The translations under genes were made by a program, and so were the position numbers. DNA of 63,627 nucleotides, the filler included, from Octopus bimaculoides (Eukaryota): NCBI RefSeq assembly GCF_001194135.2. It is 7 parts of 7 records of this genome, joined end to end, with 100 filler letters (N's around TTAATTAATTAA, not from the genome) between each part and the next. Parts side by side here need not be neighbours in the genome. Positions count along the whole stretch, not along the records: positions 8,226 to 15,376 come from NC_069002.1; positions 15,477 to 36,449 come from NC_068988.1; 5 more parts are not named here. One strand, 5' to 3'. The notes beneath the pieces were generated by a model. The model ran no database searches. It was not told where the DNA came from and was given only the letters and a program-made list of their open reading frames with translations. Shown in pieces: positions 13,290 through 27,230 of the stretch. Position 1 is the stretch's first letter. Each line of letters opens with the position of its first letter.

Positions 13290-14570
13290 CCTGAATCTTT
13301 TATCCGATGTAGCTTCTTCTGGGATAGCTGCCACTTTGTTGTCAGGTGGGAGAACAGCATATTCCACCTTCAAACTTCCACTGAATTCAGCGGCTCCAGA
13401 AGCCCACTCCTGCAACGTCAGCAAAAGGTCTGACCAAGGGCAAGTAATCCGACGGTGCATTCTTATCGTATGGGATGAGTGCACAATGGCTCACAGAGGA
13501 GGCTTAGATGCATTAGATAGAGCTCTGAGGGATATACGAGACAGTCAGGCTCCAATGGGCAGTGCAACGCTTCTACTGTCAGGTGACTTTTGGTAAACTC
13601 TTCTTGTCATTCCTAAAGGTACGAGGGCAGATGAAGTACAAGCGTACCTTAAGTCCACACCGTTGTGGCGTCATGTTACAATACTTACGCTATCCACAAA
13701 TACGCTATCCACCCGACTTTATGGTGATCGAAATTCTTCCCAGTTTGCTAAAGATATTTTGGAACTTGGTGACGGTAAGATGCCTTTGGACGCGGCAGGG
13801 GAACTAGACATCACACTACTTTGTACCATTGTATCTTCTATCAACGAACTAAAGGACAAGGTATTCCCGAATTTACAGGACAACTACTACAATCTTAACT
13901 GGTTGTGTGAAAGAACAATACTTGCTCCTAAGAACCTCATTGTAAGCAAGTTAAATGATCAACTCCTCCATTTTCTACCTGGAAATCATCGAACATTTAA
14001 GTCAATTGATAGCATGATAGAAAACAATGCGGCAGTTAATTATCCTACCGAATTTCTTAACTCATTGGAACCTCCATGCCTTCCTCCACATACATTGCAG
14101 CTGAAAGAAGGGATTCCAATAATGCTGCTTCAAAATTTGGAGCCGCCAAAACTATGCAACGGAACACGACTGGTCGTTAGAAAAGTTCTTAACCACGTAA
14201 TAGAGGCTGCCATAATTTCCGGGAGTGGAAAAGCAGACGATGTTTTCATACCAAGAGTTCCTCTCATTTCATCAGGAGCGGCTATTCCTTTCTCCTTTCG
14301 GAGTCATCTTTGCTATTCTTTTCTCCATTCGTGTCATCTTTGCTATGTCAACAAACGAGTCACAAGGTTAGACACTATGTGTTGCTGGCCTTCTTTTGGA
14401 CGAGTCATGTTTTTCACATGGACAACTATATGCTGGCTGATCGAGAGTGGGATGCAAGGCGAACCTCTTTGCATTTGCCCGAAATAGGGAAACAAGGAAT
14501 ATCGTGTACAAGGAGGTGCTACAACCAAATCAGAGTGGAGAAATGTACGTTTCTACTGTTTTTTGCTAAA
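13290..14570 (+). mobile_element. Helitron-type PIF1/RecD helicase remnant (pseudogenised, 5'-truncated)
   Basis: Motifs VASSGIAATLLSGGRTAYSTFKLP, IVWDECTM, GDFW*, LEPPCLPPHTLQLKEG, NLEPPKLCNGTRLVV, FIPRVP, then after a +1 frameshift AMSTNESQG*TL, FSHGQLYAG*SRV, TRNIVYKEVL. No Walker A or Rep domain visible. Confidence 0.9.
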
Positions 14571-16875
14571 GAGTCTTCTCATTTCATATCCACAACCACT
14601 ACTTTTCAGGTAACTATGGCAGCAAGGAATGCACACGAACGGTTGCTATCACATCTACAACAGCAATAACACCAATATCATAACAAAGTTACGCAATGTG
14701 AATCCTGCATCGCTGAGGTTATCAAAGACTGATCGAGACTTAATATTGTTTAATGGAACAGCAAATAAACGTTTGGTTTCTCTCCTTCTTTTAGCAAAAC
14801 CCTTACACTTAGTGCTTTATGGGTTGAACACTTGACTTTAAGTAGTTATTCCGCAAATCTAGGAGGAGTGATCGTTTAAGGGCACAAAGCTATGACACCA
14901 AGAAGACTCCGATATATTCAAGACTTTGTTATAGTTATCCACGGAGCAGGAAAGAATATATAAGGTCAGGTTTATAAACTTTAGTAGCACCGAAACACAC
15001 TGCTAATTCAGTTCTATATGTAACTTGGAATTATTTTCCATACTTTTTTCCAAGGGTCACCTAGTTAATAAAATAACGTTTAAAGCTTACAGATGTCTAC
15101 ATATGTATAGGCATACGTATGCGTTTTATAAATAGGAATTACCGGAATGTGTATAGGCACAAGTTCGAAATTAAGGAAGAGGTATATTCATCTCTATATA
15201 TCTTACTGGAATTAGGTCTGTGGCGCAAATATATGAGTGTATATGTATATGGGTGTAGGTATACATGTGGAGACACGCGAGAGTGTATGTGTGTATATAT
15301 GTATATATGTGTGTATGGAGACGTATGTGTATGTGTGTACATGTAAACATGTAAACATATATAAGCTTGTATGTATNNNNNNNNNNNNNNNNNNNNNNNN
15401 NNNNNNNNNNNNNNNNNNNNTTAATTAATTAANNNNNNNNNNNNNNNNNNNNNNNNNNNNNNNNNNNNNNNNNNNNTCTATGTAATAAATTTTTCTTTAA
15501 TTGACTTGTGTTTTCCTTTTTGCAGTACGGCCCCTTAAAAAAATCCAGGCCCTTTATCTGGCCTGCATATTAAAAAGGTTGAGAATCACTGATGTTAAAT
15601 GTTGTTTCAAGCTGTTTTGCCTCCAATAATTTGCTGACCTAATCCTGCCTAGATCAGCATCCATTTGTTCCTCTTCTACTTTTCCATCTCTTCTTGTTTG
15701 ATCTCAATTCCAATTTCCTCATGTATTGCAATGTTAATTAGTCCTTATTAATTTCCCTATTACAATCACAAATCTTTTTTAAGTGACACAGGATGGTACA
15801 GTCATTTCCCTCATATTGTACTTTTTTGTTGTTGTTGTTGTTGTTTTTTTCTCTCAGTTCTTTCTTCCTCTAGCAGATTTATAGTCAGAGGTTGTCCATC
15901 CATGCCCATACCCTCTTTTTAACAGACAGTGTATTTAGGGCCACATTATACAATATGCCTTCTCATTTATTTAAAACAGTAGGATGTGAAATGAGAGTTA
16001 ACTGTAGACGTGTACTGATCACATGACCACATTGCAGCACTCTCATTGGTTCAAGCCTAAGTGTTGTAACTGATGTCATTTCTTAATCTCCAGGTCATTC
16101 ATAATAAAGCAGACATATTATCAAAGACATTGAGCCTAATCTACCTTGTTTTTTTATTTTGCTGTTAGCTTAATGTCTTTAAAGTAAAAGATTGTAGTAA
16201 AAAGGATACTTACTCCAGGTTNNNNNNNNNNNNNNNNNNNNNNNNNNNNNNNNNNNNNNNNNNNNNNNNNNNNNNNNNNNNNNNNNNNNNNNNNNNNNNN
16301 NNNNNNNNNNNNNNNNNNNNNNNNNNNNNNNNNNNNNNNNNNNNNNNNNNNNNNNNNNNNNNNNNNNNNNNNNNNNNNNNNNNNNNNNNNNNNNNNNNNN
16401 NNNNNNNNNNNNNNNNNNNNNNNNNNNNNNNNNNNNNNNNNNNNNNNNNNNNNNNNNNNNNNNNNNNNNNNNNNNNNNNNNNNNNNNNNNNNNNNNNNNN
16501 NNNNNNNNNNNNNNNNNNNNNNNNNNNNNNNNNNNNNNNNNNNNNNNNNNNNNNNNNNNNNNNNNNNNNNNNNNNNNNNNNNNNNNNNNNNNNNNNNNNN
16601 NNNNNNNNNNNNNNNNNNNNNNNNNNNNNNNNNNNNNNNNNNNNNNNNNNNNNNNNNNNNNNNNNNNNNNNNNNNNNNNNNNNNNNNNNNNNNNNNNNNN
16701 NNNNNNNNNNNNNNNNNNNNNNNNNNNNNNNNNNNNNNNNNNNNNNNNNNNNNNNNNNNNNNNNNNNNNATTGCAAAGAAAGTGCAATAAATTCTCATAA
16801 GAGAAATCTAGCGACAGAGGCTTTGTTATGTGGTATGAATATCAACCACCCAGTTTAAGGATGTCAAAATTTACA

Positions 16876-17100
16876 CCATCTTGAGCGTGGCCGTTGCCAG
16901 TACCGCCTGACTGGCCTTCGTGCTGGTGGCACGTAAAAGCACCCACTACACTCTTGGAGTGGTTGGCATTAGGAAGGGCATCCCGCTGTAGAAACTGCCA
17001 GATAAGATTGGAGCCTGGTGTAGCCATCTGGTTCACCAGTCCTCAGTCAAATCGTCCAACCCATGCTAGCATGGAAAGCGGACGTTAAACGATGATGATG
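16876..17100 (+). repeat. SINE-like family with (GAT)n tail (GAGTGGTTGGCATTAGGAAGGGCATCCAGC core)
   Basis: Copies at about 31-205 (-), 1240-1500, 19110-19275 (-), 27310-27510, 32065-32235 (-), 34640-34840. Confidence 0.8.
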
Positions 17101-17128
17101 ATGATGATGATGATATATATATATATAT

Positions 17129-17166
<38 letters not shown>

Positions 17167-17647
17167 CATATCAGTACTCTTACTGTAGCCAACCCTCACC
17201 TGTTTCCAAGCAAGGTAATATTTTTCCATAGCTAGATATATTCCTCATAGAAGACTAGAAATGAATAACTTTATATGATGGTGATGTTTATTGACAACCA
17301 TTGCGAGATACCTAGGCATGGGCACACATACAAACAGATGAGCTTCTTTCAGTTTCTGTCTACAAATCCACTCACAAGTCTTGTGAGGAGTTATAGCAGA
17401 AAAGACTTGTCCAAGTAGGACTGAACCCAGGATCACAGGGTTGGGAAGCAAGCTTCTTAAGCACACAGTCATGTCTCCATCTGTGTGTGTATCTAAATGA
17501 AAGCACTCGCACCAGAAAAAATCTTCTCAAAAAAGGTTAGTAACATCCCGATATCAGATTTCATAACATTTTGTTCTTTAAATAATCTTTTTAAAAAAAT
17601 CACTTTTACACTTCAAAACTGTATTAAATAATTCTCATAGACTTTCA

Positions 17648-18040
<393 letters not shown>

Positions 18041-19314
18041 TTAAATAACGCAGCATGCTATGTAGTTCCAGTGTTGACAGACTGAATATTTAGAAGTGAT
18101 TTGTGACTAGGGATATGTAAGTATATAGTATGATGTCCATTCTAGACCATACAGTAGAGGAGTACAAGGTAGAACTGGTACAGTTTATGGTTGATTTTAC
18201 TGGAGTTCATTGGTTCTAGAGGACAAAGCTGACATGTTTAATTTAGTTTCAATGACATTGACAAAACTGAAACCTAACACTGGTAAAGTCTACACAAATT
18301 GTTAAATGATAAGACATCATCCCTTGATATTCTTTATAATTTTGACACAAGCTATCAATTTTTTTTACAAGACAGTGGTGAAAGAAATATAGAATTTTGT
18401 AATGAGAATTTCCAAATGTAATTTTATGGTAGCATAAAAGGAAAACAACATATTTACACTTGAGAAGTTGAGGTAGCAGAATCATTAGCATGCCAGGCAA
18501 AATGTTTATTGGCATTATGTCTGTCTTTATATTCTGTGTGCAAAATCTGCTGAGACTGACTTTGCCTTTCATCCTTTTGGGGTTGATGTAATTGACTATA
18601 CCCTTCCCCTAAAATTTCAGGCCTTATGCCTATAGTAGAAAGGATTATTATTATTATTAAGAGTAAAACGGAAGAAATGTTAGGCCATTGGACAAAATAC
18701 TAAGTGGTATTTCTTCCAACACTTAACATTCTGAGTTCAGATACTGTCATGGTCAACTGTATCTTTCACCCTTTCAAGGTCAATAAAATAAAGTACCAGC
18801 TAAGTATTGTGGATAATGAATACTTACTCTTTCTCCTCAAAATTGCTGACCTTGTACAAAAAATTTTAAGCAATTTTTATTCCATGTTTGTATCAAAACT
18901 TGCCAGCTTGTTATGCAATCTTGAGCCCACTTTGTCAAATCATCCAAATCACAAAGATAAACCAACAGCTGATGCACAGTTTAGATTGTTTCACAGTTAT
19001 AGAGAAAGGGATTACATATTGGTACCTCCGGTTAGGTTTATGTGGGGTCAATTCTCATATCCTGACAAATATTCTGTCACAATGTGCACAGGTACGTTGA
19101 GAACACCTACAACATCATCATCATTTAATGTCCATTTTTCATGCAAGCATGGGTTGGATGGTTTTAACAAGTGTTGGTGAGTCAGAGGACTGCACCAAAC
19201 TCCAATGTCTGCTTTGGCATGGTTTCCTTCCTAATGCCAACCACTTTACAGAGCCTAATGAGTGCTTTTTAAGTAGCACTAGCTCTAGTGAGGTCACCAA
19301 GTAACTCACAGACA

Positions 19315-19412
19315 AGTGGGGAGGGCAACTGAGTGGGGAGGGCAACTGAGTGGGGAGGGCAACTGAGTGGGGAGGGCAATTGAGTGGGGAGGGCAACTGA
19401 GTGGGGAGGGCA
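19315..19412. repeat. 17-bp G-rich minisatellite (AGTGGGGAGGGCAACTG), 5 full copies and one partial
   Basis: Direct reading. One unit carries a C>T change. Confidence 0.95.
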
Positions 19413-20750
19413 GTGCTGATGAAGGTGGCTTTATGCTAGGCAGTAAGATGCTAAAGTATGAAAGAAGGACAGAAACAGGCATCTTGCTGCAGGGGAGACA
19501 CATGGTTGCCCAAGTTGGAAGAGAAGGAAATATAAAAGACATGGTAAGAGTGGATAAGTAAGTTCGCAAGAGTGTGAGAAATAAGTAGCAGCTGGATAGA
19601 GGGCAATGCAGTGAGTAGTGAATATGGGTGGAAGCAAAGCCAACCATTAATATCTGTTGGAGGGGAAAGTGAAGGAAAAAAGGTGTGGATTAGGGAAGTA
19701 ATAGGTGGCTCAGCACCAGGGACAAAGTCAGAAGTACGTGAGGATGGAAATGATGAGAGACAAACAGTTAATGGAGAGAAGGGAGGGCTGCTTTAACAAA
19801 ATGAGGAGTGTACAGGAATGGGTGATACTGAGAAAAAGGAAGTGGCTCTAGGAAGATGAGCACTATGGGATGAAATATGTGTAATTCTGCTCTCATAATT
19901 ATAGCAGGAGTGAGTAGTGCCATAGTCAGAAGAGTGATGGAGGGGTGAGTGTTGGGAAGATGAGTTATAGATGGGGATAGGTTCATCGAGCGCAGATTGG
20001 ATACAAGGGCATAGACATAAGCAACATATCATATTTTTGCTTAGATGGAGGGGTTTTCTTAAGCACACCAAATAAAAAATCATCTCTGTCCTTTGTCATC
20101 TCCTCCACGAGGCTCAACATCCTGAGGTCATTATGAAATTGTCTATATCTGTTGGTGTCCATATAATAGAGGAGGTCTGTCATCAAATATTTCTATCTCT
20201 TTCATCTTTGTTGTCAATATCTCTCCTGAAAGGGCCAATGCCGGCCAACAGGTAAGGGTTATTTCTATTATAGGGTTTTGAGACAACCAGTTCTATACAT
20301 GTGTATATCATTGAAAACAATCAAGAGATGGATATTCTATAGTTGTGTAACAGACAGTCAATGTTGTATTTTTGAGGGTTTTAAGACTACACCACACAAG
20401 AAAGGTTTCTACAACACTATTCTGTGGCCTCATTTGGGCTTTTAAATGATTTAAGGGTTTCCTCAATGTTAAAATAGTCTAGTACCAGGAAAAAATTTGG
20501 AATTCTACCAATAATTCACCACTGTTCAAGATCATAAGATATTTATCTTTCAATCTGTTACTTTGTTTCTTTGATGGAACACTAACTTGTATTTCATTTA
20601 AAATATCAGCAGTTAAAACAGCATTGTTACTTAAATTTCCAGCAAACATGTCAATACTTTTATTGATAACATTAACAATAATTTCCAGATATTTATAGCT
20701 ATTTCTTTTGAGCTTTTTTGTACTTTATGAATGAATCGACAGCCACCTAC

Positions 20751-20848
20751 CTTCAATATGTTCACGAATAAATGGGTCCTCCATGATATTTTTGTTGTTC
20801 CTTTGGAGAATTTTCTCAAATTCATCGATATCATTGTTTTGATAAGCA
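20751..20848 (-). CDS. COPS2: COPS2 coding exon ([32 protein letters not shown])
   Basis: 98 nt, acceptor gtttag, donor gtaggt, phase 2/1. PCI-domain region. Confidence 0.96.
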
Positions 20849-22226
20849 CTAAACACCACAAGAAAACGAAGATTAAATGAGTTTCAATACAACAAGTAAC
20901 AATGCTTAATTAATATTAGTAGGTAGTAAATTAATATTTATACTTCAAAAAAAAAAAAAAGGAATCTGGTAATGCCTGTTGGTTAATAAAAAGCCTCTGT
21001 GGAGTTTATAATTTCACCAAGTGTAAAAGCAATTTGCTGGTTAATGTTTTCCATATAACATTGGGCAACATCAGTGATTGTAGCACTAAGCAACTGAGAG
21101 ACATATATCTGCTAGGACAGGAAATTGGGCTATCAGAGATAAGTTTTCTTGCAGGAAAATTAGTACTGTAAATTGCTAAACAAAGTGTAGCCACTGCTTA
21201 TAGATAGAGGTGAACTTGGATATAGTTCTACCTTGTAAACTATACTATCCATGGTACCTACAAAACAAACTGCTGTGTTTACAGAGATGAATTGGGGAGG
21301 GTGAGGTGGTATACTTCATCTCCAGCTACCTTAACTAGTTCACCTCTGTCAACTATATCACCTACAGTACTCAGTTCATCTCTGTCATATAGCAGGGTAT
21401 AAAAGCAAGTTGTTTAATAGGGATCTTGGAGAAGTTAACATTGTCAATAGCAATAGTCACTGATGAAAGGAACAATTGCTGCTATCAGTAATGCATGAAG
21501 AGATCAAAATTGTTGAGTGGAAACGATATTTGCTGCCAACTTAATTTGCTGGTTCTGAGTTCAAGTCTAGTACAGGTGTATTTTTGTGATTCCAGTTACA
21601 AAGTGTAACAGTTTCCTCACTAGTCAGAGAGAGGAAAAGTGAAAGTTAACTATGATAAACTTGTATTTTCTATCCAAGAGCTGATGTATTCATTATCACT
21701 TAACACTCTGAAAACCAGAGTTAAAGAACCAACTCAATGGTTTCCTGAAAGTCGTAGAAAGACTAACTTACTATCTTTCAAATGATAAAAGGACAAAAGT
21801 ATTTGAAAAAGCTCTTGGAGAAGAGTAACACATACACATACATTAAGATATCATTGATGGTATATATATAAACATACGTCCCATATACACACACCACTGT
21901 AGCAAATAGCTTAATCTTTTATGCAAAATATTAAATTACATTTGTAAATAATCATTCAATGGCTAAATCAACAACAGAACTTCTAAACAGTTACTTTATA
22001 AGCTAGAAATAGCAGTTAAAACTCCCTTAAATTACACCTGACACCCTGTCAGAAATAAAAAAAAAAAACATGAGATGGTCACATCTAAAGCACATTTCAT
22101 CATAGGTGTGCTGATTTAAGGCTAGTTTGGGGCTAAAGAACATAATTCAAGGTTAGCTGTATGTAAGATAAAACCATACCAATATCAATCACAGACACAT
22201 ATAAACAAATTATCAGAAATAACTTA

Positions 22227-22415
<189 letters not shown>

Positions 22416-22421
22416 TCAAAC

Positions 22422-22457
<36 letters not shown>

Positions 22458-23314
22458 ATTAACTCGACAGGCAAATGAGGATTTTGGGAGCCATGAATGA
22501 AGGCTTCTTGCAAAAGTATAGTGTAAGTAAATCTAAAAGCCCAGTCTGCAGTAATGCAACGTCTGTAACACAGGCATGAGTGTGCAGTTAAAGTTACTTG
22601 TGTGTGATTGGCACCTTGGGCTAGTGTCTTAGCCTTGGATCAATCAAAGTCTTTTGAGTGGATCTGGGTCACTGTCCAACTGGCAGTGTTGTTTGTTACC
22701 AGCCTTCCATGAAAATCATGTCTGGCCATGAGAAAATATGTTGCTTGGAAACAGATGAGAGTTGGTGACAGGAGGGGTATCTAGTCATAGAAAAACTGCT
22801 TCAATAAGTTCCAAACTCATGCAATCATAGAAAAGTGGACTTTAAAATCATGATGATGTATAACAACTGACATTTTGGAGAATTAAAGTTTGGCATTTAT
22901 TTCATGGACTCAGGAAAGCTGTAAAGTAAAGTTGATCCTAGCAAGATTTGAACTCAGAGTGAAAAGAAATATGAGTAAATAAATGTGCAGTACTTTTATT
23001 AATGACATCTACCAAAGATACATGTTCTTTAATTTAGAAGTAGGGATATAGTCTACTTAATTGATACGAGTAAATGACTTGGTTAAAACTCATTGCGTAA
23101 TACAGTGACATCTGGCACTAGGTGACAACTGTGGACATGTTTCAGTTTTATTGGACATCATCAGTAAAACAATCTAACTGGGACTATAGATTCTAAAAGG
23201 ACTATACAAGTAAATGGAACTGTTGGAAATGAACACAGAGTGGTATTATAACTTTAAAATGATTGGGAACTTACCTAGGCCCAACTGCTGTGTAAAACTG
23301 AAAAGGAGCCTTAC

Positions 23315-23414
23315 CTGGGGTTACCAGATTCATCATAATTTTTAAATGCTTCAAAGAAGTCTGTGTGTGATTTTTCATATTCTCCTTCCCTCAAGTGCAT
23401 TTTGCCACCACATT
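23315..23414 (-). CDS. COPS2: COPS2 coding exon ([34 protein letters not shown])
   Basis: 100 nt, acceptor tattag, donor gtaagg, phase 1/2, in frame with both neighbours. Confidence 0.97.
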
Positions 23415-24048
23415 CTAATAAAGAAACAAAACACTAACAAGTAGTTCAACACACATTGAACTATTATTCTAGATAGCTGATTCTAAACCATTGTTAGTAA
23501 TGAAGCCAGTGACTAACAGCTGTAACTATTTTGTCTATATCAATGCATATTGAACTATTGTTATAGATAATTGACTAGTGTCTTGATCAGATCAATTATA
23601 GTAATGAAGTAGTTGAAGCTAACTACTGAATCAACAACTTCTAGTTGTAGCCATGTTGTTTTTATTCTAAAATCTGGGCAAAACATTTAGTCTCTTGTAT
23701 TTGAACTGGACAAGCTAGCTACAATATAGTACTAAATGTTCAAACAAGGCCATAACTTGTCTTTTTATCAAAAGGCTACCTCTGATCAAACACATTATAG
23801 TTGTGACCATTAGCTGTTTTGAACTTTCAGCTATAGTGTTTACATGACTGCATTAAACTATTTTAAGATGGTAGTGTTTTTCTGTCATTTCTTGCAGCTT
23901 GAGTCCCAATGTGCAAACACACGCATTGGTTTGTGTTGATCTTGTTGATAGAATAGTTTTGACAGGACTTTAATCCAAGCCATGTAACTTCCTTGTTTAA
24001 TAATTTTTGTATAATGCAATTGATTTAAACTGGGTGATTTACTGCTCA

Positions 24049-24291
<243 letters not shown>

Positions 24292-24719
24292 TTAATAGAG
24301 AAACTGATAGATTGGAATGGACATTTTTTAAATCTCTTTGTACAGATAACTTTAACAATATAGATAAATTTATAATATTTATTATCAATAACAAGTTTAA
24401 ACTGTAAAACTATTGCAGCTTAGATTAACATGCTGAGTAACTAAACAAGGTCACCAGTTAGTTTTCATCTTACTATAATTTTTTGTGTTGTTCTAGATAT
24501 GTCTAAGGCTTAAATTTTGATTGAATATTTAGTAGAAGGAACTGGAGTGACAAACTGTGCTCCCTGTATATCCAGTAATGTTTCCATGAGTATTTTTGTT
24601 TCATAGTATAGGCAATATGATGTGGCCTGCATCAACCTTTCATGTTTCTTGTATTTTTGTGGTGATTTGTTAAGAAAACATTTAATATTTTGAACACAGA
24701 TGTTGCGTTATAGGCTTAC

Positions 24720-24824
24720 CTTTAATTTCTTATCATTCTTTTGTACAGTGTGCATCTGGATTTCTAAAGCATATATTTCAAGAAGCTGTGTACCTTTTTT
24801 TAGGTCATCTTCACCTTCTTTAGT
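24720..24824 (-). CDS. COPS2: COPS2 coding exon ([35 protein letters not shown])
   Basis: Read manually (too short for the ORF track). 105 nt, acceptor tgttag, donor gtaagc. Confidence 0.96.
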
Positions 24825-26030
24825 CTAACATTTCATGGAATTGAATAAAATATAAATGTTAACTCAACAGACAACAGCATATTATGTGGCATTTTAATAA
24901 TAATGGTCATAACACACTCTATTTAAATGTGTGTGTGTGTGTGAGAGAGAGAGTGTGTGTGTGTGTGAGAGAGAGAGAGTGTGTGTGTGAGAGAGAGATA
25001 TATAAGGTACCATTGCAACACGTTATGATATACAACAATCTGATATGTGATTCTTTCCAAAGAATTGAAAAATGAAAAGTAAAGTAATAATAAAATACGA
25101 AATTGATTAACACATTGGTAGTGCATCATAACTACAAAGACCAGTGGTCTGAAAGGTTGAAAACCCGATACAACATACTCATCAATATAACATTAATCCT
25201 GTGATCAGACTGTGGGCTCTTTTAATATCAACCTGTCTGAAACAGCATGTGATTCTATGATACAAATTCCTTGTTTTGAAGTGTGCTAAATTAAAACATT
25301 CAGTCAAAATTTCATGTTGATTTATGTTCAAAACACAGACTTTATGACAAAATTATTTTAGAAAATTCTCCATTATTTTTGAAATTAACTGAAAGAAAAG
25401 CAGTGTATTTCAAAAGAAATATTGCAACAAAAGACACTTCATTTAAACACTGCTTTAATCTACACAGCTGAAAATGAGTATTAGCTGAATGCTGGAGCAG
25501 CCCTTTCTATCTACATATGGTTTCAGGTTCAGTCCCACTGTGTGCTACTTTGGGCCACTATCTTCTACTACAACCTTGGACCTACCAAAGTTTTGTGAGT
25601 AGATTTGGTAAACAGAAACTGAAAGAAGGCAACAGGAAAGAGCATCTGGCTGTAGAAAATCTACCTCAATGAACTCCATATGATCTACACAAGCATACAA
25701 AAGTGAACATTAAAACAATGTTGATGCACATACACTCTCTCTTTCTCACACACAAATTACTTATTTAACCAATGTTTTAGGCCATAAGGCGGCAAGCTGG
25801 CAGAAATGTTAGCAGTATTTCGTCTGTCGTTACATTCTGAGTTCAAATTCTGCCAAGGTCGATTTTGCCTTTCATCCTTTCAGGGTCAATAAATTAAGTA
25901 CCAGTTGTGTAATGGGGTTGATCTAATCAACTAGCCCTCTCCCCCAAAATTTCAGACCTTGTGCCTCGAGTATAAATGAATATTTTTATACCATATACAT
26001 TTACTAAAACTGATATTTCCAAGTACCAAC

Positions 26031-26198
26031 CTGGCAGGAATTATGAAGCTCTTTCAGAATGGCTTTCAATTTACCATATTCGTTTCTGTCAAAATAAAGT
26101 TTACCAAGCTTGGTGTTGGTTTTGAACCATAGTCTTTCATTTTTGGCTTCTTTTAGAGCTTCTAAAGTAGTTTCATAAAAATTCTGAAGCAATACCAT
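26031..26198 (-). CDS. COPS2: COPS2 coding exon ([56 protein letters not shown])
   Basis: 168 nt, acceptor tttcag, donor gttggt. Contains the CSN2 signature [14 protein letters not shown]. Confidence 0.97.
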
Positions 26199-26769
26199 CT
26201 GAAATTGAAAGACAAAACATCAACAAGAAGTCATATAAATAGAAAGTCTGCAGCCAATGTAGTTATTCAAAAACAAATAACCATGTGTTTAAACACAGAT
26301 ATATGAATATACATACCTATACATTGGTACACTCATACACATACTTATATTTACTATATGTATCCTGGTTTTAGTAGAGGTACATTATGTCATTAGAGAT
26401 TGCTAAAAAGCAATAGTAAGAACAACTGCCCTCAACATATGACAAGATGAAAATGTGGATGTATGATGATGACGATATATATATATAATCAGAACTGAAA
26501 TATGAAATGTATGACAAGGTGAAAATCAACAATTTAAATGTTCTTAAAAAGTGTTAAATTGTGGTATTTATGCATCAGCAGTGTAAATGAAATGTTCCAA
26601 CAAAGTATTGAAACCAGATTACAGACAACATTTATTCAGAACACATTCATCATGTAGTTGTCAAAATGCAATAATTTATTCTCATCAGTATTGGAGCCCC
26701 TATTAAGGCTATGGTCTCTACCTCTTCCTCACTCAGTTCAACATTTCCTTTATTATCTATGACTGCTGA

Positions 26770-27230
26770 GGACAAATGAAGCTAGCATGATCCGCTGCAT
26801 GTGTAATGTCAGTGTGCACACACGACATAATGTAAGTACCCTGAGTGAAATGTTGGACATAAGAAGCATCGGATGTAGCATGCAAGAGAAACGTTTGCGC
26901 TGGTATGGTCATGTACTACGAATGGATGAGTAGAGTTGTGTGAAGAAGTGCCACTCCCAAACAGTTGAAGGAATCCGGGGTAGAGGTAGACCCAGGAAGT
27001 CATGGGATGAGGTGGTGAAGCATGACCTTCAAACGTTGAGCCTCACAGAGGCAATGACGAAAGGCCAAGACTTCTGGAGATATGCTGTGACTGTGAAGAC
27101 CCGGCAAATAAAGTGAGTTCATGGCTGTATCCTACACCAGTTTCGCATAACCAGCCCCAGCCCATTCAAAAGTACCTCGGATCATAAGGCGACATGCTGT
27201 GCTTGAGGAGACCTATTGAGTCAAGTACAT
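26770..27230 (+). mobile_element. RTE-clade LINE 3' end
   Basis: Translation RLRWYGHVLRMDE...GRGRPRKSWDEVVKHDL is the typical RTE C-terminus, followed by a 3' UTR. Confidence 0.85.

Noticed and set aside
14850-14870. CTAG as a possible Helitron 3' end
   Set aside because: No GC-rich hairpin upstream.
18704-19180. 158-aa ORF inside a COPS2 intron
   Set aside because: Built from two SINE fragments and antisense to the host gene.
19315-19412. CRISPR-like repeat array (also 32238-32398)
   Set aside because: The units are contiguous with no unique spacers, the context is eukaryotic, and there are no cas genes.
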